DNA of 32,000 nucleotides, from positions 3,960,001-3,992,000 of the forward strand of contig CP001848.1 in NCBI GenBank assembly GCA_000025185.1. The letters are read 5' to 3'. Positions within the stretch are counted from its first letter, which is position 1, and each line of letters begins with the position of its first letter. The DNA is from Pirellula staleyi DSM 6068. GTDB lineage: Bacteria; Planctomycetota; Planctomycetia; Pirellulales; Pirellulaceae. The notes under the pieces are model-generated. The model saw only the letters and a list, made by a program, of their open reading frames with translations. It was not told where the DNA came from and searched no databases. Shown here piece after piece: positions 8,906-18,306 of this stretch. The position numbers and the translations under genes are program-made.

Positions 8906-10663
8906 TTAGTACTTAAACTGTGACACCAAGTGCTGCAGTTCAGCAGCCATTCGCGAGAGTTCGCCAGCTGCCTGCTGTGTGTTGCTCGCACCTTGCGTAG
9001 TGCTTTGTGCAGCCGATGCCACCGCGGTGATGTTCTGTGCAATTTCGCCACTTCCCTTGGAAGCTTCGGCGACATTGCGTCCCATCTCGTTGGCCGTGGC
9101 CGTTTGTTCTTCGACGGCACTAGCGATCGTGTTCGAGATGTCGTTGATCTGGTTGATCACGCCACTGATCTGCTTGATCGCATCGACGGCACCTTTGGTG
9201 TCTCCTTGGATCGCTTCGATCTTGCGGCTGATATCTTCCGTTGCCTTGGCCGTCTCTTTGGCGAGCTCTTTCACTTCGTTGGCCACCACGGCAAAGCCCT
9301 TTCCAGCTTCTCCGGCACGTGCTGCTTCGATCGTGGCATTAAGAGCCAATAGATTCGTTTGTTCGGCGATCGAGGTGATCACCTTTACCACCTTGCCGAT
9401 CTCGGCACTGCTTTCACCAAGCTTGGCGATGGTTGCGTTGGTTGTGTTGGCAATCGTGACAGCTTGCTGCGAGACCTTGGCGGCATCGGTCGCATTCTTG
9501 GCGATCTCACGAATGGCGGAGTTCATTTCTTCGACACCGGTCGAAACGGTTTGAACATTCTTGCTCACTTGCTCCGAAGCGGCCGAGACCACATTGGCTT
9601 GTGACGAGGTCTCTTCAGCGTTCGAGCTCATCTGTGTGCTGACCGACGACAGCTCTTCCGACGCGCCAGCCAAAGCCGAAGCGTTTTGAGCAATCGATGT
9701 CACGCTACGACGGAGGTCGGTGAGAAAACGTGCCAGACCTTCACCCATCTGACCGATCGAATCTTGGCCTTTTACGCTAATTTCGCGTGTCAAATCGCCG
9801 CTGCTGGCAGCCGCCACGACTTCCAACATGCTGTCGACTTTGCGTTTAAGTTCCTCACGAGCAAACACCTGGGCGGTGATATCGGTGGCATATTTCACCA
9901 CCTTAAACGGGCGGCCATTCAGATCGAGAATCGGGTTGTACGATGCTTGAATGTAGATCTCGCGGCCACCTTTGCCGAGTCGCTTGTATTCAGCAGCCTG
10001 GTACTCGCCACGTCCGAGCTTGTTCCAGAACTCTTTGTACTCATGGCTCTGACGGGTCGACTCATCGATGAACATGCTGTGATGACGTCCTTGAATCTCG
10101 CTGAGCGAATAGCCGAGCGTACTCAGGAAGTTCTCGTTGGCCGAGATGATCGTGCCATCCATTTTGAATTCAATCACCGCTTGCGATTTACTAATGGCCG
10201 AGATCTGTCCTTGGTAATCGGCGTTTTGCAGCTTCTGTGCGGTGATGTTCGTGGCATATTTCACCACTTTGAATGGACGGCCTTCGCGATCGAGGATCGG
10301 GTTATACGAAGCCTGAATCCAAACTTCGCTTCCACCTTTACCGATGCGCTTGTATTCGGCGGCCTGATACTCGCCACGACCGAGCTTGTTCCAGAATTCC
10401 TTGTACTCGTAGCTCTGGCGATGACTTTCTTCGACAAACATGCTGTGATGCTTGCCTTGGATTTCTTCGAGGTTATAGCCGAGTGTCGACAGAAAGTTAG
10501 CGTTCGCCATCAAGATCGTTCCATCGAGGGCAAACTCGATGACGGCTTGCGAGCGACCGATCGCCGCTACTTGACCGGCGTAGTCGACATTAAGCTGCTC
10601 GACATTCGACGTTTTGCTTTTGGTTTTCGATGGGGTGTTGCGAGTGCGGACGAGAGTAGCCAT
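8906..10663 (-). CDS. Cytoplasmic methyl-accepting chemotaxis protein with two tandem BdlA-like PAS domains (PAS-PAS-partial HAMP-MA)
   Basis: 585 aa with no hydrophobic segment. Two about 118-aa PAS copies (..[86 protein letters not shown]). MCP signalling hairpin [35 protein letters not shown]. Confidence 0.9.
   Translation of the reverse strand: MATLVRTRNTPSKTKSKTSNVEQLNVDYAGQVAAIGRSQAVIEFALDGTILMANANFLSTLGYNLEEIQGKHHSMFVEESHRQSYEYKEFWNKLGRGEYQAAEYKRIGKGGSEVWIQASYNPILDREGRPFKVVKYATNITAQKLQNADYQGQISAISKSQAVIEFKMDGTIISANENFLSTLGYSLSEIQGRHHSMFIDESTRQSHEYKEFWNKLGRGEYQAAEYKRLGKGGREIYIQASYNPILDLNGRPFKVVKYATDITAQVFAREELKRKVDSMLEVVAAASSGDLTREISVKGQDSIGQMGEGLARFLTDLRRSVTSIAQNASALAGASEELSSVSTQMSSNAEETSSQANVVSAASEQVSKNVQTVSTGVEEMNSAIREIAKNATDAAKVSQQAVTIANTTNATIAKLGESSAEIGKVVKVITSIAEQTNLLALNATIEAARAGEAGKGFAVVANEVKELAKETAKATEDISRKIEAIQGDTKGAVDAIKQISGVINQINDISNTIASAVEEQTATANEMGRNVAEASKGSGEIAQNITAVASAAQSTTQGASNTQQAAGELSRMAAELQHLVSQFKY
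9866..10585 (-). repeat. Tandem 366-nt direct duplication encoding the two PAS domains of the MCP
   Basis: Repeat 1 is aa 27-144 (10232-10585) and repeat 2 is aa 149-266 (9866-10219), offset 122 aa. Very high amino-acid identity and clearly visible nucleotide similarity by eye; identity was not computed. Confidence 0.8.
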
Positions 10664-10733
10664 GAATGAGCCCTTTGATTGTTACAGCCGATAAGCAAAG
10701 AAAAGAGAAAGTAGACGAGGGTTAGCGATCGTG

Positions 10734-11177
10734 TTAGTTACGAGACTCTGCCGACAGTTCTAAGACGCGATGCGTCTCGAGGAGCAGTAGCAAGCGATCT
10801 TTCATTTTGTAGGCGCCGCCGATCATGTCGCGGACTTCGCCCCGCAACGTCTCGGGAGGTCGTTCAAAACTGTCGGAGTCGACCTTTTGAACATCGCCAA
10901 TTTGATCGACGAGCAGACTGACAGCTCCTTCGTCGCTACGAACCACCACATTCATAGGGAGCCGATCCGAGGAACGCTCGGTCATCCCCAGTCGCTTGCG
11001 TAGATCAATCGCTGTCACGATTTGGCCACGCAGATTAATCAGCCCACTCACCGCGTCTGGAGCGAGTGGAACACGTGTCATTTCTTGGTAACGAATCACT
11101 TCCTGAACGGTGTGAACGTCGACACCGAAAAGTTGATCGTCGAGAAAGAACGTGCAAAGTTGTCGTGCCGTGTTCAT
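10734..11177 (-). CDS. cheW: Chemotaxis coupling protein CheW
   Basis: 147 aa, CheW-like: LCTFFLDDQLFGVDVHTVQEVI, GLINLRGQIVTAIDLRKRLG, GAYKMKDRLLLLL. Its start overlaps the cheA stop by 4 nt. Confidence 0.9.
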   Translation of the reverse strand: MNTARQLCTFFLDDQLFGVDVHTVQEVIRYQEMTRVPLAPDAVSGLINLRGQIVTAIDLRKRLGMTERSSDRLPMNVVVRSDEGAVSLLVDQIGDVQKVDSDSFERPPETLRGEVRDMIGGAYKMKDRLLLLLETHRVLELSAESRN

Positions 11178-13462
11178 GAGTGGACTCCTGTCCCGACCAA
11201 GTCGCTACCAAAATTAAACTGTGGATCGATCTGGCGAATGATGGCCGGGAGGTCGAGCAGGTCGGTCACATGGTCTTGAATGACTGCAGTTCCCAAGAGT
11301 CCTGACCGCCGACAGCGGCGAATGTTTTCGACTTGGGTTTCGACGATGTCGACAATGCGATCGACCACCAGGCCGACGCTGTGACCTCGTTCGGTATAGA
11401 CAATCACTTGCAGCGGCATCTCATCCAGCAGTTCGCAAGGCACAACGCCGAGCACGTTACTGAGTCGTACCAGCGGCAAAATATCTCCTCGATATTGCAC
11501 CACCTCTTGATGGTCGGCATGTTCGATCAGTGCGGGATCGATCTTTTCGAGTCGCTCGACTAGTGATATCGGAAGTGCGTAACGCTGCGTGGGGCCAATG
11601 CCGAGCACTAGGAGCGTTTGACGAGCCTCGCGCGCCTCTTGTCCGCGTGCTTGGCTTTCGGTTCGGTTGCGGTCGTGCGATTCCGCGATCACATGGGCGG
11701 AGTGAGCAAGTCCGAGCACGTCGAGGATGAGCGCGACTTTGCCATCTCCCATGATTGTGGTGCCGGAGTAGACCGAAACCGATTTCAGCTGTTTACTGAG
11801 CGGTTTAACGACGATTTCTTCCGTGTCGTTGATTCGATCGACGACCAGTCCGAATTGACGATCGTCGGCTCGTAGCACCACGATGTTGGTGGCATCGAGT
11901 GAAGTCGGACGCAGGTGGCCTGCATCACCGATCTGTAGTTCGCGGCGCAGATAGACCAGTGGTAAGAGTCGACCACGGAGCCGATAAACGGGAGCTCCTT
12001 GAATCCATTCGATCTCGCTCCGGGTTTGTTCCCCTTCGAGCCGGACAAGTTCCAAGAGGTTCACTTGCGGAATCGCATATCGATCGCCATCAGCGGTGAC
12101 GATCAGCGCGGGGATAATGGCGAGCGTCAGTGGAATCTTGATCTTGATGTTCGTACCAAGACCTGCTTGCGTTTGGAGATCGACCGTTCCGCCAATCTTT
12201 TCGATGTTGGTCTTCACTACATCCATGCCGACGCCTCGCCCCGAGACGTTCGAAATTTTTTCGGCTGTCGAGAAGCCTGGCAGGAAGATCAGCTGCGCGA
12301 TGTCGCGATCGGCCAGTCGAGCAGCTTGTTCGGAAGTGATGAGCCCCCGCTCGAGCCCTTTTTGTTTGATCCGCTCGAGGTTAAGTCCGGCTCCGTCATC
12401 GATGATTTCGATATTCACCTGTCCACCTTCGTGGAAGGCTCGCAGTAGTAAGCAACCTTCAGCTGCTTTGCCTCGTGCGATGCGCGTTTCAGCCGTTTCG
12501 ATACCGTGATCGACTGTGTTGCGGACCAGGTGAGTGAGTGGATCTTTGATCGCCTCGATGATCGTTTTGTCGAGCTCGGTCTCTTTCCCTTCCATTTCGA
12601 TGCGGACTTGTTTGCCGCAAATTGCTGCGAGATCCCGCACCATGCGAGGGAACTTACTCCATACATTTCCGATCGGCTGCATGCGGGTTTTCATTACCCC
12701 TTCTTGCAGTTCGGTGGTGATAAGGTTCAGCCGCTGCGAGGTGCTTTGCAGTCCGCTGTCTTCGATGTTGCTCGTGTACTGCAAGATTTGATTGCGAGCG
12801 AGTACGAGTTCTCCGACACGCGTCATCAGCTTATCAAGGAGGGCAACATCCACCCGAATGGTACTGTCCGAGACGTTGCTGGTGCGAGCATCGGCAGCAG
12901 AGGGATGCTTGCTGTTTCCTCGTTCGCTGTCACAGGCTTGAGGTCGGGCAGATTCGTGCGGTGCTTCCTCAGCATGCGCTGCTGTTGATGCGTCAACCGT
13001 GCCTTGCTGAGCTGTGCCGACCAACTCGACAATCTCGTCGAGAAGTGGCATCGGCGCGGGTTCATGAGCAGGGGGCTGGCTATCTTGCAGCGAGCTTAAA
13101 AGCTCAATGACTTCGGTGAAGTCCTCATCCCCTTCGTTTCCCAGGCTCTCGATGCATTCGAGCATGCGTCGCACTGCATCTACGAGCGAGAGAAGTCCCG
13201 TAGTGATGACAGGACGGAGGGTGATCTCACCATCGCGCAGTTTGCTGAGGAGGTTCTCGCCGACATGCGAAACCTTCTCGAGCTTTCCAAAGCCGAGGAA
13301 ACCGCACGTCCCTTTGATGGTGTGAATCGTGCGGAAAATGCTGCTAAGTAGTTCTTTTGAGTGAGGGTTTTGCTCGAGCGCTACGAGATCGCGATCGAGT
13401 TGATCCAGGCTTTCGTGGCTCTCCACGAGGAAGTCGTTGATGATGGCTTGTGACTCTTCCAT
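11174..13462 (-). CDS. cheA: Chemotaxis histidine kinase CheA (P1-linker-P3-P4-P5-P5)
   Basis: 762 aa. Hpt with FRTIHTIKGTCGFLGF (His47). Dimerisation segment TIRVDVALLDKLMTRVGELVLARNQI. HATPase motifs (HLVRNTVDHGIE, IEIIDDGAGL, GRGVGMDVV). Two consecutive CheW-like modules (aa about 446-585 and 615-745). Confidence 0.95.
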   Translation of the reverse strand: MEESQAIINDFLVESHESLDQLDRDLVALEQNPHSKELLSSIFRTIHTIKGTCGFLGFGKLEKVSHVGENLLSKLRDGEITLRPVITTGLLSLVDAVRRMLECIESLGNEGDEDFTEVIELLSSLQDSQPPAHEPAPMPLLDEIVELVGTAQQGTVDASTAAHAEEAPHESARPQACDSERGNSKHPSAADARTSNVSDSTIRVDVALLDKLMTRVGELVLARNQILQYTSNIEDSGLQSTSQRLNLITTELQEGVMKTRMQPIGNVWSKFPRMVRDLAAICGKQVRIEMEGKETELDKTIIEAIKDPLTHLVRNTVDHGIETAETRIARGKAAEGCLLLRAFHEGGQVNIEIIDDGAGLNLERIKQKGLERGLITSEQAARLADRDIAQLIFLPGFSTAEKISNVSGRGVGMDVVKTNIEKIGGTVDLQTQAGLGTNIKIKIPLTLAIIPALIVTADGDRYAIPQVNLLELVRLEGEQTRSEIEWIQGAPVYRLRGRLLPLVYLRRELQIGDAGHLRPTSLDATNIVVLRADDRQFGLVVDRINDTEEIVVKPLSKQLKSVSVYSGTTIMGDGKVALILDVLGLAHSAHVIAESHDRNRTESQARGQEAREARQTLLVLGIGPTQRYALPISLVERLEKIDPALIEHADHQEVVQYRGDILPLVRLSNVLGVVPCELLDEMPLQVIVYTERGHSVGLVVDRIVDIVETQVENIRRCRRSGLLGTAVIQDHVTDLLDLPAIIRQIDPQFNFGSDLVGTGVHS

Positions 13463-13884
13463 TGACTCGTCCTTAGCGCTTCTTATTGGTGGTTAGCTGA
13501 TACCCCAACTCGCCTAGAGAGGAGCGGTTTGCTCTCTGCTAGGTGTCACCGGTAACGCCGACCGCAAAGCTTGTGTACATGTAGATGCCTCACTAATAAG
13601 AAATGCCAAGCAGTGATTTCCCGTGCGGTTATAGGTACTTTCCTTAGGGGTTTCCTTGAAGCGAGTGCTAAGCGACATCCGAAGAGTGCAGGGACATTCG
13701 ATCGTGCGCGTTGCAATTTCGAGCAACTCGGTCTCGTCGAAAGAAACTTCTCTCGTTAGATTCAAATCTTTCAAACATCCTCAACTGCGATTTGGGGATT
13801 ACTACGCTTGTAGCGGAGCAAAATTAGTACGTAAACGTACAAACACAGCGCGAGGTGGCTCGCAACTACTGAAGCTTGGCAGCC

Positions 13885-16146
13885 ATGGATCTGGACTCTT
13901 TTTCGGTAAACGACTCAACGGCCCATCGCGCTCTGTTAGCGACTGGGACGGGCATTTGGAAATGGTGTCTTGTCGAGCGATGCGAGCACTGGCACGCTTC
14001 GCTACGAAAGGCACTGGAGCCCTGCTTTTCTATTCCGATCTCCGACACTCCGAGTCTTTTCTCTCTGCTGCATCCGCGCAGTGCCCAACTCCTCCGTGAT
14101 TCACTCACGCAGATCGAGCGGAACGATGAGTCAATCGACCTGACGCTCGATCTCGAATGTTCTGCTTCACACGGAACTCAGTTACGGCTTCAGGCGGGTA
14201 TTGACCCCCAGGATAGGCGGCAGGTTTGGGCGGTCTGCCATGTAGCGAAGAATTCGGTCGGGGCCGAATTGGAACGGGATACTTCGCTCGATGTGTTTGC
14301 GTCGATCATCGACTGTGCGGTAGATGCGATTATCAGTAAGTCGGTCGATGGCACGATTCGAACTTGGAACACTGGAGCCGAGCATCTGTTTGGCTATCGT
14401 GCCGAGGAAGTGATTGGTAAGCCGATCACTCTGCTCATTCCGCCAGATCGCCTGAATGAGGAGGAGGACATCCTCCGGCGCATCTGGCGCGGCGAACGGG
14501 TGCTTAACTTTGAGTCGATTCGACGACGCAAGGATGGGACGGACGTCAACGTCTCGCTAACGATCTCCCCGATCAAAAATCAGGCGGGAGTGATCATTGG
14601 GGCATCGAAGGTCGTTCGTAATATCACCGAGCAGGTGAAAACCGAAGCCAAGCTGCGTGAAAGTGAAGAGCGTTTTCGCATCTTGTTTGAATCATCCCCG
14701 ACCGCGATCTTGCTTTCGAATGATCGAGCAGAATACATCGATGCCAATCCAGCCTATGAACAGATCTCTGGATACACTGCCGAGGAACTGTACGGCAAGA
14801 CGGCAATTGATCTAGGAACGCTGCCACCTGACAGCGACTTTCAGACGCATGCGATGGAGCAACTCAATGCCACGGGGCGTCTGGATAACATCGAGGTTAC
14901 AGGGCCTACGAAATACGGCAACCTGATAACCGTTTTGTTCTCGACGCGCGAGATTGAAGTCGCTGGGCGGCGCGAATTCTTGACCGTGCTGCTCGACATC
15001 AGTGAGCGAGTCCGAGCGGAAGCTGCACTCCGCAAGAGTGAAGAGCGACTTGCGGAAGCGCAGCGCATCGCGCACTTAGGGGACTGGAGCTGGAACACGT
15101 TGACCGATGAGATTCACTGGAGTGATGAGGTGTATCGCATTTTTGGCCACGAGCCAAAATCGTTCACTCCCCGATTCCGGCACGAATTCATCCAGGCTGT
15201 TCATGCTGAAGACCAGACGCGTGTCGCCTCCGCGATGTTTGAATCGCTCGAGAATAAAGAGCGGTTTTCGATCGAACATCGGATTCATCAGGTGGATGGT
15301 ACGGAGCGGTTCGTTCGGCTCGTGGGGCAAGTGACCCAGGACCCGGCAGAGTCGGCATTCGTGCTGCTGGGAACGATTCAGGACATTACCGACCTGAAGA
15401 ACGCTGAGCAGCAAGCGATGGTGCTACGGAATCAAGTGGCACATGCCGGACGCATTGCCACGATGGGAGAGATGGCCGCAGGGATTGCTCACGAACTGAA
15501 TCAGCCTCTCTCGGCGATCGAACTGTATGCGGAAGGATGCCAGCGAGCACTGGAAATGGGAGTATTGTCGACGGAAGAGCAACTTTCGAAGCTGGTCGAG
15601 ATTGCCAGCCTGGCGGATCGTTGCGGCGAGATTATTCGTCGGCTTCGTTTGTTCGCGATGAACAGGGATTCGAATTGGTCGCCAATTGACTTAACCGAAG
15701 TTGTGAAGGCGTCGATCGAATTCATGGGGTATGAGTTGCAGAAATCGCAAACGCGATGCGTGGTGCAGATTTCTGAGGAACCGCTTCTTGTGAGCGCCGA
15801 TTCGATTGAACTGCAGCAGGTTTTTTTGAACCTGATTAAGAATGCGATTGAGTCGCAGGAACTTTCTAATCCCAAAGATCGTCGAATTGAAATCATTGTC
15901 AAAGCCAGTACCGACAAACGAATCTCCGTGATCATTCGTGATAATGGATGTGGGATGCAGCCCCATCAACTCGCGCGCATCTTCAATCCGTTCTACACCA
16001 CGAAGAGTGCAGGCTTGGGGATGGGACTCAAAATTTGTCAAACGATCATTCGATCGTTGCGAGGCGAGATTGTTTGTCAGTCGGAACCTGGTGTCGGAAC
16101 AACTTTTGAGATTGTGTTGCCGGTCGTAAGGAGACGCATGAAGTGA
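13885..16146 (+). CDS. Cytoplasmic multi-PAS sensor histidine kinase
   Basis: The ORF track begins at TTG 13876; the first ATG is at 13885. About four PAS-like modules (e.g. IIDCAVDAIISKSVDGTIRTWNTGAEHLFGY; WSWNTLTDEIHWSDEVYRIFGHE). H-box AAGIAHELNQPLSAI. N/G boxes LNLIKNAIES, IRDNGCGM, GLGMGLKI. No TM segment. Confidence 0.85.
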   Translation: MDLDSFSVNDSTAHRALLATGTGIWKWCLVERCEHWHASLRKALEPCFSIPISDTPSLFSLLHPRSAQLLRDSLTQIERNDESIDLTLDLECSASHGTQLRLQAGIDPQDRRQVWAVCHVAKNSVGAELERDTSLDVFASIIDCAVDAIISKSVDGTIRTWNTGAEHLFGYRAEEVIGKPITLLIPPDRLNEEEDILRRIWRGERVLNFESIRRRKDGTDVNVSLTISPIKNQAGVIIGASKVVRNITEQVKTEAKLRESEERFRILFESSPTAILLSNDRAEYIDANPAYEQISGYTAEELYGKTAIDLGTLPPDSDFQTHAMEQLNATGRLDNIEVTGPTKYGNLITVLFSTREIEVAGRREFLTVLLDISERVRAEAALRKSEERLAEAQRIAHLGDWSWNTLTDEIHWSDEVYRIFGHEPKSFTPRFRHEFIQAVHAEDQTRVASAMFESLENKERFSIEHRIHQVDGTERFVRLVGQVTQDPAESAFVLLGTIQDITDLKNAEQQAMVLRNQVAHAGRIATMGEMAAGIAHELNQPLSAIELYAEGCQRALEMGVLSTEEQLSKLVEIASLADRCGEIIRRLRLFAMNRDSNWSPIDLTEVVKASIEFMGYELQKSQTRCVVQISEEPLLVSADSIELQQVFLNLIKNAIESQELSNPKDRRIEIIVKASTDKRISVIIRDNGCGMQPHQLARIFNPFYTTKSAGLGMGLKICQTIIRSLRGEIVCQSEPGVGTTFEIVLPVVRRRMK

Positions 16147-16799
16147 ACTCTAGAGAAGAATTGCAAGTCGATGTCCATGTGATCGATGACGACAAAGATG
16201 TGCGAAACTCGGTCGACTGGACACTACGGTCGGTGGGGTACAACGTGGATGTGCACTCCGATCCAGAGGAGTTCCTCAAGACGTTTCAGCCGAAGTGCCC
16301 GAGTTGCTTGGTAGTCGACCTGCTCCTACCCGGAATGACCGGTCTGAAGTTGTGCCAGGAACTGCTTGGAAAAAAAGCGAATTGCACTTTTGTGATGCTG
16401 ACCGGGCATGGCGATGTCCCTTCGGCGGTGGAAGCGATGCAGATGGGAGCGGTTGATTTTCTCGAGAAACCTTGCACCCGTCAGAAGCTGATAAATGCTG
16501 TGCAGCGTGCGATTGAACAGCTGCGAATCAAGCATCAAGAGGCGATTGAGAACGAAGAGATTCGTGCGCGACTCGAAAACCTTTCGCCGCGCGAACGGGA
16601 GATTTTTGAGTGGATGGTGGAAGGCTTTGTGACCAAGGAAATCGCTTCGCGTCTCGGCATTAGTACCAAGACGGTGGATGTCCATCGCTCGAAGATTTCG
16701 CAGAAGCTGCGAATCGATTCACCGGCTCAGCTCGGCCATGTGTTTGCCGTGCATCTGCGTGGTCGTGCTGGCCGTAAAAGTGATAAATCGAAGTCGTAA
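16143..16799 (+). CDS. FixJ/NarL-family response regulator (REC + LuxR/GerE HTH)
   Basis: REC motifs: VHVIDDD, CLVVDLLLPGMTG, LTGHGDV, EKP. HTH: LSPREREIFEWMVEGFVTKEIASRLGISTKTVDVHRSKI. The GTG start overlaps the kinase stop (GTGA), with AAGGAG 9 nt upstream. Confidence 0.85.
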   Translation: MNSREELQVDVHVIDDDKDVRNSVDWTLRSVGYNVDVHSDPEEFLKTFQPKCPSCLVVDLLLPGMTGLKLCQELLGKKANCTFVMLTGHGDVPSAVEAMQMGAVDFLEKPCTRQKLINAVQRAIEQLRIKHQEAIENEEIRARLENLSPREREIFEWMVEGFVTKEIASRLGISTKTVDVHRSKISQKLRIDSPAQLGHVFAVHLRGRAGRKSDKSKS

Positions 16800-16824
16800 G
16801 CACGCGGGGTCTCGTCGTTCAAAA

Positions 16825-18306
16825 CTAATCGTGGGGATGCGCCTTTGGGGCTGGGAGATGAGCCGTCGTGGGGGCGAGCCACTGTTTCCACGGTTCGAAA
16901 GCATGTGGTGTCGAGAGGATGCCACGATCTTTGAGTAGGTCTTCCGCGGCGTGATGGCGCGAAGCGATGTTGAGCTGGGGTACGACACCACCGGCAAACA
17001 GCAGAATCACGAGGGTGAGGAGCGCGATTTTCTCGCGCAGTCCCATCCGGAGCGAAATGCTGGAGATATGCCGAGTGCCGGTGAAGAGTACAAAGTAGAC
17101 TTGCAGCACCGCGATGCCACACAAGGCGGTGGCAATCACCATGGCGATGCCAACGAGTGGATAGGTTCCCACAGCTCCATCGATCAATAGTTCGGAACCG
17201 ACATAGCCCATCGTTCCTGGAAAGCCCACGCTGGCGACGCCGGTGAGCAAGAAGCAGACCGCAAGCAGCGGCATCTGTTCGTAGAGGCCAAGGTAGTTCG
17301 TGAGTTGCAGACGACCAAAGCGAGCTTCCACGGCACGCATGGCGAGGCCAAAACCGGTGAGCGAAAGACTCACGGAGATCCAGGTGCAGAGTGCGCCGGT
17401 GAGTCCTTGGACATTCGCCATTTCGAGCCCCACAAGAATCATGGCCGAGTGACTCATGAACAGGAAGCTGAACATGCGTCGTCCTTCCACCTGCACCAGT
17501 GCCATGCCTGCTGCATAGACGGCAGTGAAGAGGGAAAGGAGTCCCATTCCTTGCATCACTTCAGTGGGAGCGATCGGAACGACGAGTCGCACTGCTGCAT
17601 AGACGCCGGTGAGAGGGGTCATGAAGAGAATCGCACTTCCGAACGACGACTTATCGAAAAAGTCGGGGACCCAGCTATGGAACGGAAAGATTCCGCTTCG
17701 AATGAGGACTGCGAGGAGGAGCGGGATGATGGAATAGAGCGAGTGGCTGTGCGCGGTTGGTCCCCCTTCGGCCATGGCGACGCTCCAGCCGACAATCATG
17801 AAAACGACGAACAGCGTCATGTAGCACATGTACATGCCCGTCGCGCGACCGCGAGTCCAGAGTTCAAAGAAGGGGGGGAGTGTAGCGAGAGTCAGGAGTG
17901 AAATGAGAAGCCACGGTGTTTTGCATGAGAAGGTGGCGAGGAGGATCGATTCGGTGATGAGTGTCCAGAAGAACGAGAAACGACGCCCCTTCGAGCGAAC
18001 TGTAGCGACGGTGGTGAGGGCGAAGAGCATCGCTGCCAGCGGCAAGAGGGGGGCACTGATCTCGTCGAGCTGGAGTAGCTCGTGACCAGTGAGTCGCGAG
18101 AGGAGATGAAAGCGATCTTGGGCTTCGCTCGCCCGCATCCAGATGAAGTCGAGCCAAGTGCAGGTGGCAAGGACAAAGGTGATGATCGAGAACGTAACCC
18201 CGTAGATGCGTGCATCGGTGGGCTCACGAAAACGAGCGACAACCAGTGCGCCGAGCAGAGGAACGAGCACACATAGCTCTAGCCAGGGAAGATGTAGTTC
18301 GGTCAT
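16825..18306 (-). CDS. NuoM/NuoN (MrpD)-like proton-conducting membrane subunit, divergent; third gene of the DAB-like operon
   Basis: 493 aa, polytopic. Family motifs are degenerate: LIRSGIFPFHSWVPDFFDKSSFGSAILF (consensus ..K.P..P.H.WLPDAH.EAPT.GS), FLFMSHSAMILVGL, FPGTMGYVGSELL. Its ATG overlaps the stop of the upstream NuoL-like gene (ATGA). Confidence 0.8.
   Translation of the reverse strand: MTELHLPWLELCVLVPLLGALVVARFREPTDARIYGVTFSIITFVLATCTWLDFIWMRASEAQDRFHLLSRLTGHELLQLDEISAPLLPLAAMLFALTTVATVRSKGRRFSFFWTLITESILLATFSCKTPWLLISLLTLATLPPFFELWTRGRATGMYMCYMTLFVVFMIVGWSVAMAEGGPTAHSHSLYSIIPLLLAVLIRSGIFPFHSWVPDFFDKSSFGSAILFMTPLTGVYAAVRLVVPIAPTEVMQGMGLLSLFTAVYAAGMALVQVEGRRMFSFLFMSHSAMILVGLEMANVQGLTGALCTWISVSLSLTGFGLAMRAVEARFGRLQLTNYLGLYEQMPLLAVCFLLTGVASVGFPGTMGYVGSELLIDGAVGTYPLVGIAMVIATALCGIAVLQVYFVLFTGTRHISSISLRMGLREKIALLTLVILLFAGGVVPQLNIASRHHAAEDLLKDRGILSTPHAFEPWKQWLAPTTAHLPAPKAHPHD

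Noticed and set aside
9686-10669. 327-aa plus-strand ORF antisense to the MCP gene. The ORFs at 8930-9352 and 8979-9554 are similar.
   Set aside because: No domain signatures. It fully overlaps a minus-strand frame carrying unmistakable PAS and MCP signalling motifs, so it is a shadow ORF.
10687-10694. GCCGATAA, the sigma-28 -10 consensus, in the cheW-mcp gap.
   Set aside because: It lies on the plus strand, antisense to the operon. No TAAA -35 element is present at the expected spacing.
13514-14099. Small ORFs in the cheA / kinase divergent intergenic region (13514-13774 minus, 13571-13759 plus, 13656-14099 plus).
   Set aside because: They overlap one another and have no motifs. The last runs out of frame into the kinase gene. 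The region is better explained as divergent promoters and UTRs.
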